Positions 39,679 to 48,489 of a stretch of 64,000 bases of DNA are shown one piece after another (within the stretch, counting starts at the first letter, position 1; each line of letters starts with the position of its first letter). The notes below the pieces were generated by a model that saw only the letters and a list, made by a program, of their open reading frames with translations, searched no databases and was not told the DNA's origin. Location of the stretch: assembly GCA_045863855.1 (NCBI GenBank), contig BTVV01000013.1, forward strand, positions 1 through 64,000, in the 5' to 3' direction. This stretch comes from Planctomycetota bacterium (lineage in GTDB: Bacteria; Planctomycetota; SZUA-567; H5-PLA8). The position numbers and the translations under genes were made by a program.

Positions 39679-40113
39679 ATGGGCGAGTCGGCCGTGATTC
39701 CGGTCCGCAAAGCGGAGAAGCCGCTGGTCATGCAACGCATTCCCACCTTGGTGGGCACCTCGGGTCATTTCACGGGCGAAGTCTTCCCGCTGGAATACGG
39801 CAAGACCATCGCCGTGGGCCGCAGCCGCACCGCCGATTTCTCGCTGCGCCGCACTCAGAAATACCGCGATCAGAAGCCCGAGGACCGCGAATCCGACGCC
39901 GACGCGAAGACCGTCAGCGCCAAGCACTTCGAGATTACGATGTACAACCTCGGCTCGATCGAGATCCGCAACCTGTCCAGCAACGGGACCTTCGTCGACG
40001 GCAAGCGCATCGATACGCTGATCGTGGACGACGTGGCCAAGAAGTCGCACGAGATTCGTTTCGGGAAGGACGAAGTCTTAAAGCTTGAGATGCGCGTCCA
40101 CGAGGATCTGTAG
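39679..40113 (+). CDS. FHA-domain protein
   Basis: AVGRS, TVSAKH, NLSSNGTFVDG, IRFG; ATG after GAGGA. Confidence 0.85.
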   Translation: MGESAVIPVRKAEKPLVMQRIPTLVGTSGHFTGEVFPLEYGKTIAVGRSRTADFSLRRTQKYRDQKPEDRESDADAKTVSAKHFEITMYNLGSIEIRNLSSNGTFVDGKRIDTLIVDDVAKKSHEIRFGKDEVLKLEMRVHEDL

Positions 40114-40169
40114 GCCGGCGCTCGATTGGGCCGCAGATGGCCGCGGCCTGGACCGCCGCAGAAAATGCG

Positions 40170-40991
40170 TTACCCCCTCCGTTTCCTTCCGCCCTTATGG
40201 CGCACCGGCTGCGGCAGCGCCTCCTGCTTCGGGCCGTTACGAAGCCCCAATCGATCCAACTCCCTTCGATTCAATTGGCATTTGGCGTAGCCGTAAACAT
40301 GGCTGCGTCCGTACAGGAGCTGTAGGCGCTCCCAATTCGAGTAAAAATCTATTGTGCCCACAAACACATCCGAAACTTTATGGCTCCATTCGTGCTGCGC
40401 AAGAATTCGCAGGTCAATGCGATACCAGACATGTGCCCTGCGGTGATACTGAACCAGCGGATCGCGCGGGTCGGTGCGGCGTTCTTGCAATCCTTCCGCC
40501 AGCTTGAGTCTTTTGCGGCGCCGCGCTTTGGTGTTGTAGAGGGGATTGCGACGGAGCACCCCGGTGCGCGGATCGACGTACAATTCGCCTCGAAAGTCTT
40601 TCAACGTCCGTAAGAGTCCCCATTCGAGAACCTGGATGCGGCCCTGCCGATCCACCTGCGTATGCACGGCCACGAAATCCCTGAGGTGCTGAAAGATGTG
40701 AAGTTGCACCGCGCTGTCCAGGCGCAGATGTTCGGCGATTTCGGCATGGACTTTATTCCATGGCCGGCCCACGCGGCTGTGCAGAAAGCGCCTGAGCGGC
40801 ATCAAGTTCTCGTTCAGCGACTTGCGCCTTCGATATTCGGCCCACGGCCGCCGCATGCCTAACTGCCGGGGCAATTCGTCGGCTGCTGCTGCGGATTGCC
40901 TGCGTTGCGCGTGATCCTTAGCACGCGGAAACGAGCCGCCGGGGTTATAGCGCGGGCGCTCGACGATAATTTTGGCCATATCGGTACGCAT
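40170..40991 (-). CDS. Arg-rich conserved-looking hypothetical protein
   Basis: RBS CAAGGAG; MRTDMAKIIVERPR, LNENLMPLRRFLHSRVGRPWNKVHAEI, LYVDPRTGVLR; very basic. Confidence 0.8.
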   Translation of the reverse strand: MRTDMAKIIVERPRYNPGGSFPRAKDHAQRRQSAAAADELPRQLGMRRPWAEYRRRKSLNENLMPLRRFLHSRVGRPWNKVHAEIAEHLRLDSAVQLHIFQHLRDFVAVHTQVDRQGRIQVLEWGLLRTLKDFRGELYVDPRTGVLRRNPLYNTKARRRKRLKLAEGLQERRTDPRDPLVQYHRRAHVWYRIDLRILAQHEWSHKVSDVFVGTIDFYSNWERLQLLYGRSHVYGYAKCQLNRRELDRLGLRNGPKQEALPQPVRHKGGRKRRG

Positions 40992-41087
40992 ACGAACTCC
41001 TTGGATCGCACGACGCCAGCGCCGCGCCGCGTCACGTTTCGCGGCATCGCACAGGCTTGCTCTAAGCCTGGAGGTACAGAGTTAGCT

Positions 41088-41118
41088 GAAAAGAATGGCC
41101 GTCCCGCGGGGGACGGCC
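41088..41118 (-). terminator. Putative intrinsic terminator (attenuator) in the leader of 40170-40991
   Basis: Minus strand GGCCGTCCC-CCGC-GGGACGGCC followed by ATTCTTTTC. Confidence 0.6.
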
Positions 41119-41169
41119 TCGGCGAAAGGCTAGGCGGAGGTCAGACGGCTGGCGTCCCGGCGAGAGCAG

Positions 41170-41196
41170 CTACAGCTGAGGAATTCGCACCGTCAT
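41170..41196 (-). CDS. Putative leader peptide MTVRIPQL
   Basis: Minus strand CAAGGAGTTAGAAC-ATG ACG GTG CGA ATT CCT CAG CTG TAG, upstream of the terminator hairpin. Confidence 0.6.
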   Translation of the reverse strand: MTVRIPQL

Positions 41197-41310
41197 GTTC
41201 TAACTCCTTGCTAAAACATTCACGGCCTCGTCGCCGCAGACGGGGGACTAAATCACATCGACCGGCCCAGTGTCAAATCGGGCGGAAACTTTTTCGCCTA
41301 AGCCGCGCGC

Positions 41311-41712
41311 CTACTTTGCCGCATCCGTGCTGTTCGTCGCGATGGTGGTTCGCTTCAAGCGGATCTTGTGCGTCTTGCCTTCGCGCTCGACCGTGAACTC
41401 GCCGCCGAACTTATCGGCTTCGTACGGCCCCCCTTGCCACGCGACGGTCTTCGTGGCCGCATCGTACGTGTACTTGCCCTCGCCGCCGGGCTTTCCGCCC
41501 GGGAGCAGCACCTTGTAGACGCCGCCGGCTTCCAGCACGAGCGAACCCAGCACAAGCGGCGGGCGGCCGATCGCTCCGTACGATTGAATGACATACGTGC
41601 CCAACCGCGGCCCGGCGCTGGTATCGCCGGCAGCCTCTTCGGCGCTCAGGGTGCCCGCCAGACCCAGCACTACGACGCAAGCCGCAGTCAATCCACTCAT
41701 TACGTTCCGCAT
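41311..41712 (-). CDS. Small secreted beta-rich hypothetical protein
   Basis: Signal peptide, RBS GAGGAG before ATG 41712. Confidence 0.7.
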   Translation of the reverse strand: MRNVMSGLTAACVVVLGLAGTLSAEEAAGDTSAGPRLGTYVIQSYGAIGRPPLVLGSLVLEAGGVYKVLLPGGKPGGEGKYTYDAATKTVAWQGGPYEADKFGGEFTVEREGKTHKIRLKRTTIATNSTDAAK

Positions 41713-41843
41713 AAACGCTCCTCGAAATTGAATCGCGCTCGATGTCCAGATCGTAAGCACCGGCCTCGCGATCGCCACGGCATTCCGTGCTGCATCCACG
41801 GTTCAGTGTAAATTCAAGGATTCCCAATCCGGCATTCCCCACG

Positions 41844-42722
41844 CTACACGCGCTGTTGCTTCACGAAGTCCCGCACGCGCTGGCCGCTGACATCCTTAAA
41901 CAGTTTCGAGAGATGAAACGGGCTGCAGAAGCCCAGCCGAGCGGCGACTTGTTTGAGCGACGCGCCGGGTTCCGCGAGCCGGCGGCGCGCTTCCTGCACG
42001 CGCAGCCAGCGCACGCGCGACATCACCGTCATCCCGGTCTTGGCCCGAAAACCGTGGGCCAGCGCCGAGACGGACATGCCCAGCGCCGCCGCGACTTCGT
42101 CCAGCGCCGGCGGGCTTCCCGAGGCGACCAGCTTGCCGGCGGCTTCGTCTACGCGCTTGAGCAGACTATCTTCGCTCCAGCCGCGGCCCGGAGCGGAGAT
42201 GCGCCACGGGTCGCCCGGCAAGCCCGCGCCGCCGCCGCGAGCGGCCCGCGCCACCTCCGCCAGGATCACTTGCAAGTGCGCCGCGGCCACCGGTTCCGCG
42301 CCGGGCTCGCCGCTCTGCCGCAACGACCACATCGCACGAACGTGCGGCAAGAGACGCTCTTCGGGATCGGACAGCAGCGTGAACGGCCGTTCGCTCAGCG
42401 GCGCCCAAGCTTTGCGCAAGTCGAAGTAGAACCAGACGTGCTCGATCTGCCGCGGCGGCCGCTCGCTCATGTGCCAGTACGAGACGCCCGGGCGGTACAC
42501 GTACCACGTATGCACCGGCCGCGGAAAGGCGCCGATCTCGATATCCCGGCTCTGCACCCGCAAATGGCCGCCCGGCAGCGCCACATACTCCATCAGCCAC
42601 GGCTGCCATGTCCAAGGGCCGTACCACGTGCCCGGCACGTGCCGATAGGACCGCACCTCGCAGACCACCGAATGCAGCGCCGCGTCCGGAAGCTCGTGCA
42701 AGATTATGTATCTCCTTTGCAT
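41844..42722 (-). CDS. AraC-family transcriptional regulator
   Basis: LDEVAAALGMSVSALAHGFR..TG; SLKQVAARLGFCSPFHLSKLFK. Confidence 0.9.
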   Translation of the reverse strand: MQRRYIILHELPDAALHSVVCEVRSYRHVPGTWYGPWTWQPWLMEYVALPGGHLRVQSRDIEIGAFPRPVHTWYVYRPGVSYWHMSERPPRQIEHVWFYFDLRKAWAPLSERPFTLLSDPEERLLPHVRAMWSLRQSGEPGAEPVAAAHLQVILAEVARAARGGGAGLPGDPWRISAPGRGWSEDSLLKRVDEAAGKLVASGSPPALDEVAAALGMSVSALAHGFRAKTGMTVMSRVRWLRVQEARRRLAEPGASLKQVAARLGFCSPFHLSKLFKDVSGQRVRDFVKQQRV

Positions 42723-42732
42723 ATCGATGCAG

Positions 42733-42767
42733 ATTCGAGCAGGTAAGCTTAAATTCGAGCACTAAGC
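42733..42767. promoter_or_regulatory. Direct repeat with 20-bp period in divergent AraC/PhyH promoter (putative AraC sites)
   Basis: ATTCGAGCA-GG-TAAGC (42733) and ATTCGAGCA-C-TAAGC (42753). Confidence 0.5.
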
Positions 42768-42799
42768 ATTACAAGGATTTGTATTTTGGAGGCGCACCC

Positions 42800-43576
42800 A
42801 TGACCGAGCACGAACGCTACCTCTTCGACTTGCAGGGCTACGTGACCGTTCCCGGCGCCCTGGATGCCGAGCAGCTCCGCGCGCTGAACGCGATCCTTGA
42901 CGAACGACTGGCCAAGCTCAGCGCCGAGAAAACTTCGCACCGCTTCGGCGATCTGCTGAGTTGGGGGGCGCCGTATCGCGCGCTCCTCGATAACCCCGCG
43001 ATCCTTCCGCACCTGGAGGCGCTGCTGGGCGAGCATCCGCGGCTCGACCATACTTACCTCGATATCATTCGCGGCGGCTTGAGCCCCATCGGCGCGACGC
43101 TGCACGGCGGGGGCACGCCTTACGATCCGGGCCAGTTTTACCAGTTCCGCGACGGGCGCATGTACAACGGGCTGGTGGTGATCGCGTACAATCTGCATGA
43201 CGTGAACCCCGGCGATGGCGGCTTCGCGTGCGTGCCGGGCAGCCACAAAGCCAACTTGCCGTTGCCGAAAGAGTGGCGCGACCTGACTCAACCGCATCCG
43301 TGCGTGAAGGCCGTGACCGGGCCGGCGGGGACGGCGGTGCTCTTCACCGAAGCGCTCACCCACGGGCCGCTGCCGTGGCGCGGCGCGCACGACCGGCGCA
43401 CGATCTTCTTCAAGTACAACGCGCACTGCATCAGCTACGCCGCCGGCTACTACGACCCCCAGACCTTCGCCTCGGACGAACTGACCGAGCGCCAGCGCGC
43501 GATGCTGGAAGCCCCCAACGCCCGCTACGGCGGCCGGCCCACCGCGCCGAAACCGCAGGCGGCGAAAGCGCAGTAA
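42800..43576 (+). CDS. PhyH-like Fe(II)/2-oxoglutarate enzyme with HxG motif
   Basis: YLFDLQGY, TLHGGG, GGFACVPGSHK, AGTAVLFTEALTHG, RRTIFFKY; ATG after GGAGG. Confidence 0.85.
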   Translation: MTEHERYLFDLQGYVTVPGALDAEQLRALNAILDERLAKLSAEKTSHRFGDLLSWGAPYRALLDNPAILPHLEALLGEHPRLDHTYLDIIRGGLSPIGATLHGGGTPYDPGQFYQFRDGRMYNGLVVIAYNLHDVNPGDGGFACVPGSHKANLPLPKEWRDLTQPHPCVKAVTGPAGTAVLFTEALTHGPLPWRGAHDRRTIFFKYNAHCISYAAGYYDPQTFASDELTERQRAMLEAPNARYGGRPTAPKPQAAKAQ

Positions 43577-43592
43577 TATCCTGGGTGAGCGG

Positions 43593-44663
43593 TTAGATCC
43601 GTGCGTACAGTTCGGCCAGCGCCGCGCCGCGCACGGGCAGCGCGTGGACGCGTTCGGCATGCTCCCGCGCCGCGTGCCCGCGTTGCGCGAGCCGCTCCGG
43701 ATCGCGCAGCCACTCGTAGAGCGCCTCCGCCCACGCCGACGCGTCTTCGGCGGGCAGCACGCGAGCGCAAGCTGCATCCTCGCCGAACTCTCGCAAGCCC
43801 GGCTTATCGGCTAAAAGCAGCGGCACGCCGCAGGCCAGCAACTCGGCCGCAGGCCGCGAACTCCCATCGCTGCCCGTCGCGAAGACCAGCCCCGCGCGCA
43901 GCGCCGCCGCTTGCCGCGCGTAGCCCGTATCCGTCTCTTCCAGCACGATACGCTCGCGCGCCGGGTGCCGCGCGATCAGCCGCTCCAGTTCGGCGCGGTC
44001 TTCCCCGCGTCCCAGCAGCACCCCTTGCCACGGCACGCTGCGTTCGAGTTTTTCCAGCACGTTTAAAAACGCGCGCTGTCCACGGTCTTCGCCGGTCTTC
44101 CAGCGTCCGATCAAGCCCAACTTCGGCGGTCCCGGCGGCCGCTCGTGCCGCGGGCGATACGCATCCGTATCCACCGCCGACGGGAGGTACCGCGCTTCGC
44201 GCGCGCCGCCGGCCGCCAGAGTCGCGGCGTCGGCGCGGCTTGTGCAGACCAGCGCGTGGCAGCCTTGCGCCAATTCGCGCAACAGCGGGCTCGGTACGCG
44301 GCTGGGCGAACGATGCCACGTCCGCACCAGTTTGACGTGGCGCATCCGCCGCAGCGCCAGTTGCGCGAGCAACTGGTCGTCGCTGCGGTGCACGTGAACC
44401 GCGTCGAGCTTCAGGTCGTCCACCAGTGCGCGCAGCCGAGCGCCGTCGGCGGGCAGATGCAGGAGCCGCGCCGCGCCGCGGCCGAGCCGGAAGCCGCCGG
44501 CGAAGGCAACGCCCGCCTCCTGCGCGCCCTGCTCCGGATACGAGCCGCTCCGGCCGCCCAGCCACGCCGCGTGCCCCGCCGCGGAAAGCGCGCGGACGTC
44601 GTTTAACGCCGCCGCCACCGGGCCGGTCACGATGCGTCCGTGGATCAGGTGCAGCACGTTCAA
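43593..44663 (-). CDS. GT4-family glycosyltransferase
   Basis: DAVHVH, SAVDTDAYRP, LGLIGR, AELLACGVPLL..D.PGLRE. Confidence 0.82.
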   Translation of the reverse strand: MNVLHLIHGRIVTGPVAAALNDVRALSAAGHAAWLGGRSGSYPEQGAQEAGVAFAGGFRLGRGAARLLHLPADGARLRALVDDLKLDAVHVHRSDDQLLAQLALRRMRHVKLVRTWHRSPSRVPSPLLRELAQGCHALVCTSRADAATLAAGGAREARYLPSAVDTDAYRPRHERPPGPPKLGLIGRWKTGEDRGQRAFLNVLEKLERSVPWQGVLLGRGEDRAELERLIARHPARERIVLEETDTGYARQAAALRAGLVFATGSDGSSRPAAELLACGVPLLLADKPGLREFGEDAACARVLPAEDASAWAEALYEWLRDPERLAQRGHAAREHAERVHALPVRGAALAELYARI

Positions 44664-44808
44664 GAGGCCGCTGTTGCTCCGATGCCGATGCGGACCAGTC
44701 TAGCGGTTGTCTGAATTCGGGCGAATGGAACTGCCGGGTTTGTAGGGGCCGTTCGTTAGCGCCAAGAGAAGGTGCGCGGGTCGGCGAGCCCTTGAAGAGG
44801 GTCCGCGC

Positions 44809-45402
44809 ATGTTTCAGGTACCGAATATTCGGAAGAACTTCATCCCCGTCGCCATATGCGTGGGGATTCTGCATCTCATACTGGCGGGCGTCGAGTTCGA
44901 GGTGTGTTGCTGGCGCCGCGCGCTCGCGGGGCTGGAATGGGTGTGGCAAGCAACCGCCTGGGAGCCGGATTGGCAGATGGGATTGAGTTTATATACATTG
45001 GCCGCGGTTTATTTGCTGTTGGTGGGATGGTTCGCGCTGCCGTTTGTACATCACTTCAAGCGAGCACCGCGCGGCGATCATGCATTGCGCCTGATGGGTC
45101 TGGCCCACGCGCTCCTGATGCTGGCCACCGGGTTGGAGATTATCCGCATCACAGAGCGGCCTTTTATGACGTGGAGCTTTGGGCCGTACACCCTCTCGCA
45201 AGGCTTGGCGCTGAATTGGTTCGAGCTCAGCACTTACCTTTGGCTGCCGATCGCCGGCTGGCTGCTCACGCTATTGGCGCTCGGAACTCACGCGAGGCGC
45301 TATTTCACCGTGAATCGCGAACTGGCCGGGATCGTCGCCAGCGCTACGCTTAGCATCGTCGGCCTCGTGATCGGCCTCGGTTTGATGGTTAGTGTGCCGT
45401 GA
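44809..45402 (+). CDS. Hypothetical integral membrane protein
   Basis: About five hydrophobic helices; fits the gap between flanking genes. Confidence 0.65.
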   Translation: MFQVPNIRKNFIPVAICVGILHLILAGVEFEVCCWRRALAGLEWVWQATAWEPDWQMGLSLYTLAAVYLLLVGWFALPFVHHFKRAPRGDHALRLMGLAHALLMLATGLEIIRITERPFMTWSFGPYTLSQGLALNWFELSTYLWLPIAGWLLTLLALGTHARRYFTVNRELAGIVASATLSIVGLVIGLGLMVSVP

Positions 45403-45404
45403 AG

Positions 45405-46184
45405 CTACGCGTGTTCGACGTACAACTCCCAGATCCGCTTGTAGCACTTCATCCCCCACACTGCGTCGGCCGGCGTTGTCGGGCCGCCGCCTTCCCAACT
45501 CGTCCAGCCCTTGTAGCCGATCCCCTTGAGCAGCGTGAAGACTTCCTGCCACGGATAGCGCTTCGTATCCCAAAGCTCCTGCATATGCACGCAGCCAATA
45601 CGATGCTTGAGCAGTTCGAAGTTCGCCTTCACGCTCCCGTTCGCGTCGGGCTCGCCGGGGTTGCAGTTCCACGTCACGTACGCGTTCGAGTGGTCGGCGT
45701 GGTCCATGATCGTGCGCATCCGGTCGGGACGCTGCGTGTCTTTTCCGTGCACTTCCAGCCAGACTTGCTGGCCCAAGTCCTTGCCCGCCGCCGCAACCTC
45801 CGCGACGCTCCGCCCAATCTGCGCCAGCGTCTTCGCTTCGGGGACTTCCGCCGGCAGCCCGTTGGGCCGCACCTTGATGCCTTCGCAACCGATGTCCGCG
45901 GCGAGTTGCAGATAGCGCTTGCTCGCCTCGATATCCGCGCGCAGCTTCGTCTGGTCCGGCGTGTGGTAATCGAAAGCCGTGCCCAGGCCATAGCACTTCA
46001 CCGGGGAATCCGCGAACTTCTTGCGAACCTCGGCCCGCTGGTCCTTCGTCAGCGATTCCTCGACGCCGTGCGCGTGCGTCGTGCGCAACTCCACGCCCGC
46101 GAAGCCGGCCGCCGCGCAGTTCTTGACGATCGTTTCGATGTCCCAGTGCTGCGCGACCTGATAGGTGACGAGTCCAAGTTTCAT
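45405..46184 (-). CDS. Sugar-phosphate isomerase/epimerase (xylose isomerase-like TIM barrel)
   Basis: GFAGVELRTTHAHGVE, WLEVHG, CVHMQEL, GYKGWTSWE. Confidence 0.85.
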   Translation of the reverse strand: MKLGLVTYQVAQHWDIETIVKNCAAAGFAGVELRTTHAHGVEESLTKDQRAEVRKKFADSPVKCYGLGTAFDYHTPDQTKLRADIEASKRYLQLAADIGCEGIKVRPNGLPAEVPEAKTLAQIGRSVAEVAAAGKDLGQQVWLEVHGKDTQRPDRMRTIMDHADHSNAYVTWNCNPGEPDANGSVKANFELLKHRIGCVHMQELWDTKRYPWQEVFTLLKGIGYKGWTSWEGGGPTTPADAVWGMKCYKRIWELYVEHA

Positions 46185-46304
46185 GGCAAAGTCTCCTTGA
46201 AGCCGTACATTACGTTCGGATTGCCGAACTCGAATGGCGAATTTAGCCGTGCAAAGCGCCGCAAAATAAGCGCGACTGGGTTAAACCTCCGCAATCCGAA
46301 ATCC

Positions 46305-47444
46305 CTACGCCCCCACGCCCGCCAAGGCCTTGAAGCGCCGCGCGAGCTTCCACTTGCCTGCGGCCAGCTCGTCGAAAACCTCGTCCACCTGCGAGGGATC
46401 CAGCGGCAGGCGCATCGGCTTCTGCAGGAAATGACTCAAGACCAGCGCATTGAAGAAGTGCACGGCCTCGCGCGCGCCTTCGGGGTCCACCAGCGGCTTG
46501 CGCCCGTCGCGTACGGCGAGTACGAAATCGCGCACCAGCGAACCCGGCTCGAACGGTTCGGCCTCGGGAAAATCCTGCCAGGTCAGCCCCGGCTTCTTGG
46601 CGAACATCTCCGCCTCGTCGCCCGCGTCGTAGAAGTCGTACACGCCTCCGTCCAGCCGCCCCAGCTTGATCGGCTTTCCGAACTGGATCGCGCCACGCTC
46701 GGTCTCGTACTCGACGACGTTCGTCGGCGAAAAGCTCGAGACATTCGCGACGAACGTTCCCGTTGCGCCGTTGGCGTACTCCAGCGCGGCCGTGCAGGTG
46801 TCTTCCACCTCGTGATCGTGGAACAGGTTATCCAGCCGCGCGCGCACTTCGGCGACCTGCCCGGTCACGTTCAGCAGCGCGTCGATGTCGTGGATTGCCT
46901 GATTGATCAGGACGCCGCCGCCTTCGTACTTCCATGTGCCGCGCCACGCGCCGGTTCGGTAATACTTGTTGTTGCGGACGCTGTTGCTGATGTAGGTCGC
47001 GCGCACCAGCGGGCCGAGTTCGCCGTTGCGCATCACCTGGACCACGTGGCGCTGGGTGATCCGCTTCTGGTGATGGACGGTAAGCAGCTTTCCGGCCTTT
47101 TGGGCGGCGGCGAGCATCTTGTCGCATTCGCCGATGCGGATCGCCATCGGCTTCTCGACCAGCACGTGCAAGCCGGCTTGCAGGGCCGCGGTTCCGAGGG
47201 GCTGATGCAGGAAGTGCGGCAGATTGAGCAGCACCGCTTCGCACTGTCCGCTGGCAAAGAGCTTCTCGGCGTCGTTGAAGGCTTGCGCATTCGGGCAGAG
47301 TTTCTGGGCGTCTTCGACCGCCTTCGCGTTCAAGTCGCAGACCGCGGTGACTTCGGCTTCCGGCGTCTCGGCCGCGTTCTTCACGCGCCCCGCGCCCACG
47401 CCGCCGACGCCTACGATGCCCAGCCGGATTTTACGCTGCCCCAT
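46305..47444 (-). CDS. Gfo/Idh/MocA family oxidoreductase
   Basis: GIVGVGGVG, HVLVEKPMA, WRGTWKYEGGGVLINQAIHDID, EVED. Confidence 0.92.
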   Translation of the reverse strand: MGQRKIRLGIVGVGGVGAGRVKNAAETPEAEVTAVCDLNAKAVEDAQKLCPNAQAFNDAEKLFASGQCEAVLLNLPHFLHQPLGTAALQAGLHVLVEKPMAIRIGECDKMLAAAQKAGKLLTVHHQKRITQRHVVQVMRNGELGPLVRATYISNSVRNNKYYRTGAWRGTWKYEGGGVLINQAIHDIDALLNVTGQVAEVRARLDNLFHDHEVEDTCTAALEYANGATGTFVANVSSFSPTNVVEYETERGAIQFGKPIKLGRLDGGVYDFYDAGDEAEMFAKKPGLTWQDFPEAEPFEPGSLVRDFVLAVRDGRKPLVDPEGAREAVHFFNALVLSHFLQKPMRLPLDPSQVDEVFDELAAGKWKLARRFKALAGVGA

Positions 47445-47571
47445 GCGCGGACTCCTTAAGAGAATGCGTCGCTCGCTTCTCGATCGCTATGAAGTCACTA
47501 AACCCCGCCGGCGCACGTGTGGGCCATGGGGCGAAGGGCTGAAAGGATGTGTTTTCCTGCTGTCTGGAGCG

Positions 47572-48465
47572 TCAGGTGGGCCAGATTTTGGTCACGCGCC
47601 AGTCGCTGGGCGCCAGTCCCGTCCACTTCTTGAACTGCGCGCTGAAGTGGTACGGGTCGCCGAATCCGGTGCGCTGCGCGATTTCCTTCACGCTCAAGCG
47701 TTCCTGCCCGGCCAGAAGCGCGCACGCGCGTTCCATGCGCTTGCGCAGCAGCAGCGTCTTTGGCGCGACGCCCATGTAACGCCGGAACTGATGCGCGAAG
47801 TGGCTGGGCGACAGATTCGCGCGCCGCGCCAGCGCTTCCACGTCCAGCGCCGGATCGTCCAGGCCGCGGTCGAGCGTCTCCAGGACCGGCCACATCCAGC
47901 CCGGGCCGGAGCGCTTGGGATCGAAGCTCAGCCGCCGGGCTTGCGCCGCCGCTTCGAGCACCCGTGCGAGGAGTTGCACCAGCAGCGCTTTTGCGCGCAG
48001 CAGATCGAACGGATCGGCCTGCTTGCCGCCGCGGCCGCGCGCGACCAGTTCCTCGAAGACGCCTTGAATTTCCGCGCGCCGCGGCAGCGCCACGGCCAGC
48101 GGCAAGTCCAGCATGCGCAGCGGATCGAAGCCGCCGCGCCCCACCTGGAAGTGCGCGAAAAGGAGTTCCACTTCGCCTTCGCCCATACTGCGCTCGTGAA
48201 ACGGCGCGCCCGGCGGCAGCAGCGCCATCGTTCCCGTCCGCGCCTTCACGGTCTTGTGCGCGAAGGTGTATTCCAGGCCGCCGCGCAGAATGAAATGGAA
48301 ATCGTAATCGTCGAAGGCCGGCCGGCGCACGTCGCGCCCGGCGCGGTGCGTGGAATGCCCGAGGCCGTGGGAGAGTTCCACCCGCGCATGCGCGAGTTCC
48401 TCGCAAAGCCAGCGAGCGGGGTAGGGCGAGATACTGGCCGGAGCGGCGTCTGGAGGTCGAGGCAT
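47572..48465 (-). CDS. AraC-family transcriptional regulator
   Basis: Cupin N-terminus; LARRANLSPSHFAHQFRRYMG; SVKEIAQRTGFGDPYHFSAQFKKWTG. Confidence 0.92.
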   Translation of the reverse strand: MPRPPDAAPASISPYPARWLCEELAHARVELSHGLGHSTHRAGRDVRRPAFDDYDFHFILRGGLEYTFAHKTVKARTGTMALLPPGAPFHERSMGEGEVELLFAHFQVGRGGFDPLRMLDLPLAVALPRRAEIQGVFEELVARGRGGKQADPFDLLRAKALLVQLLARVLEAAAQARRLSFDPKRSGPGWMWPVLETLDRGLDDPALDVEALARRANLSPSHFAHQFRRYMGVAPKTLLLRKRMERACALLAGQERLSVKEIAQRTGFGDPYHFSAQFKKWTGLAPSDWRVTKIWPT

Positions 48466-48489
48466 GCCGCGATTATACGCGGCGCCCCA

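Noticed and set aside
41079..41206. tRNA or Y-RNA-like ncRNA suggested by GAGTTAG/CTAACTC end pairing
   Set aside because: No cloverleaf or T-arm consensus; the RBS, uORF and terminator layout is better explained as an attenuator, though an ncRNA is not fully excluded
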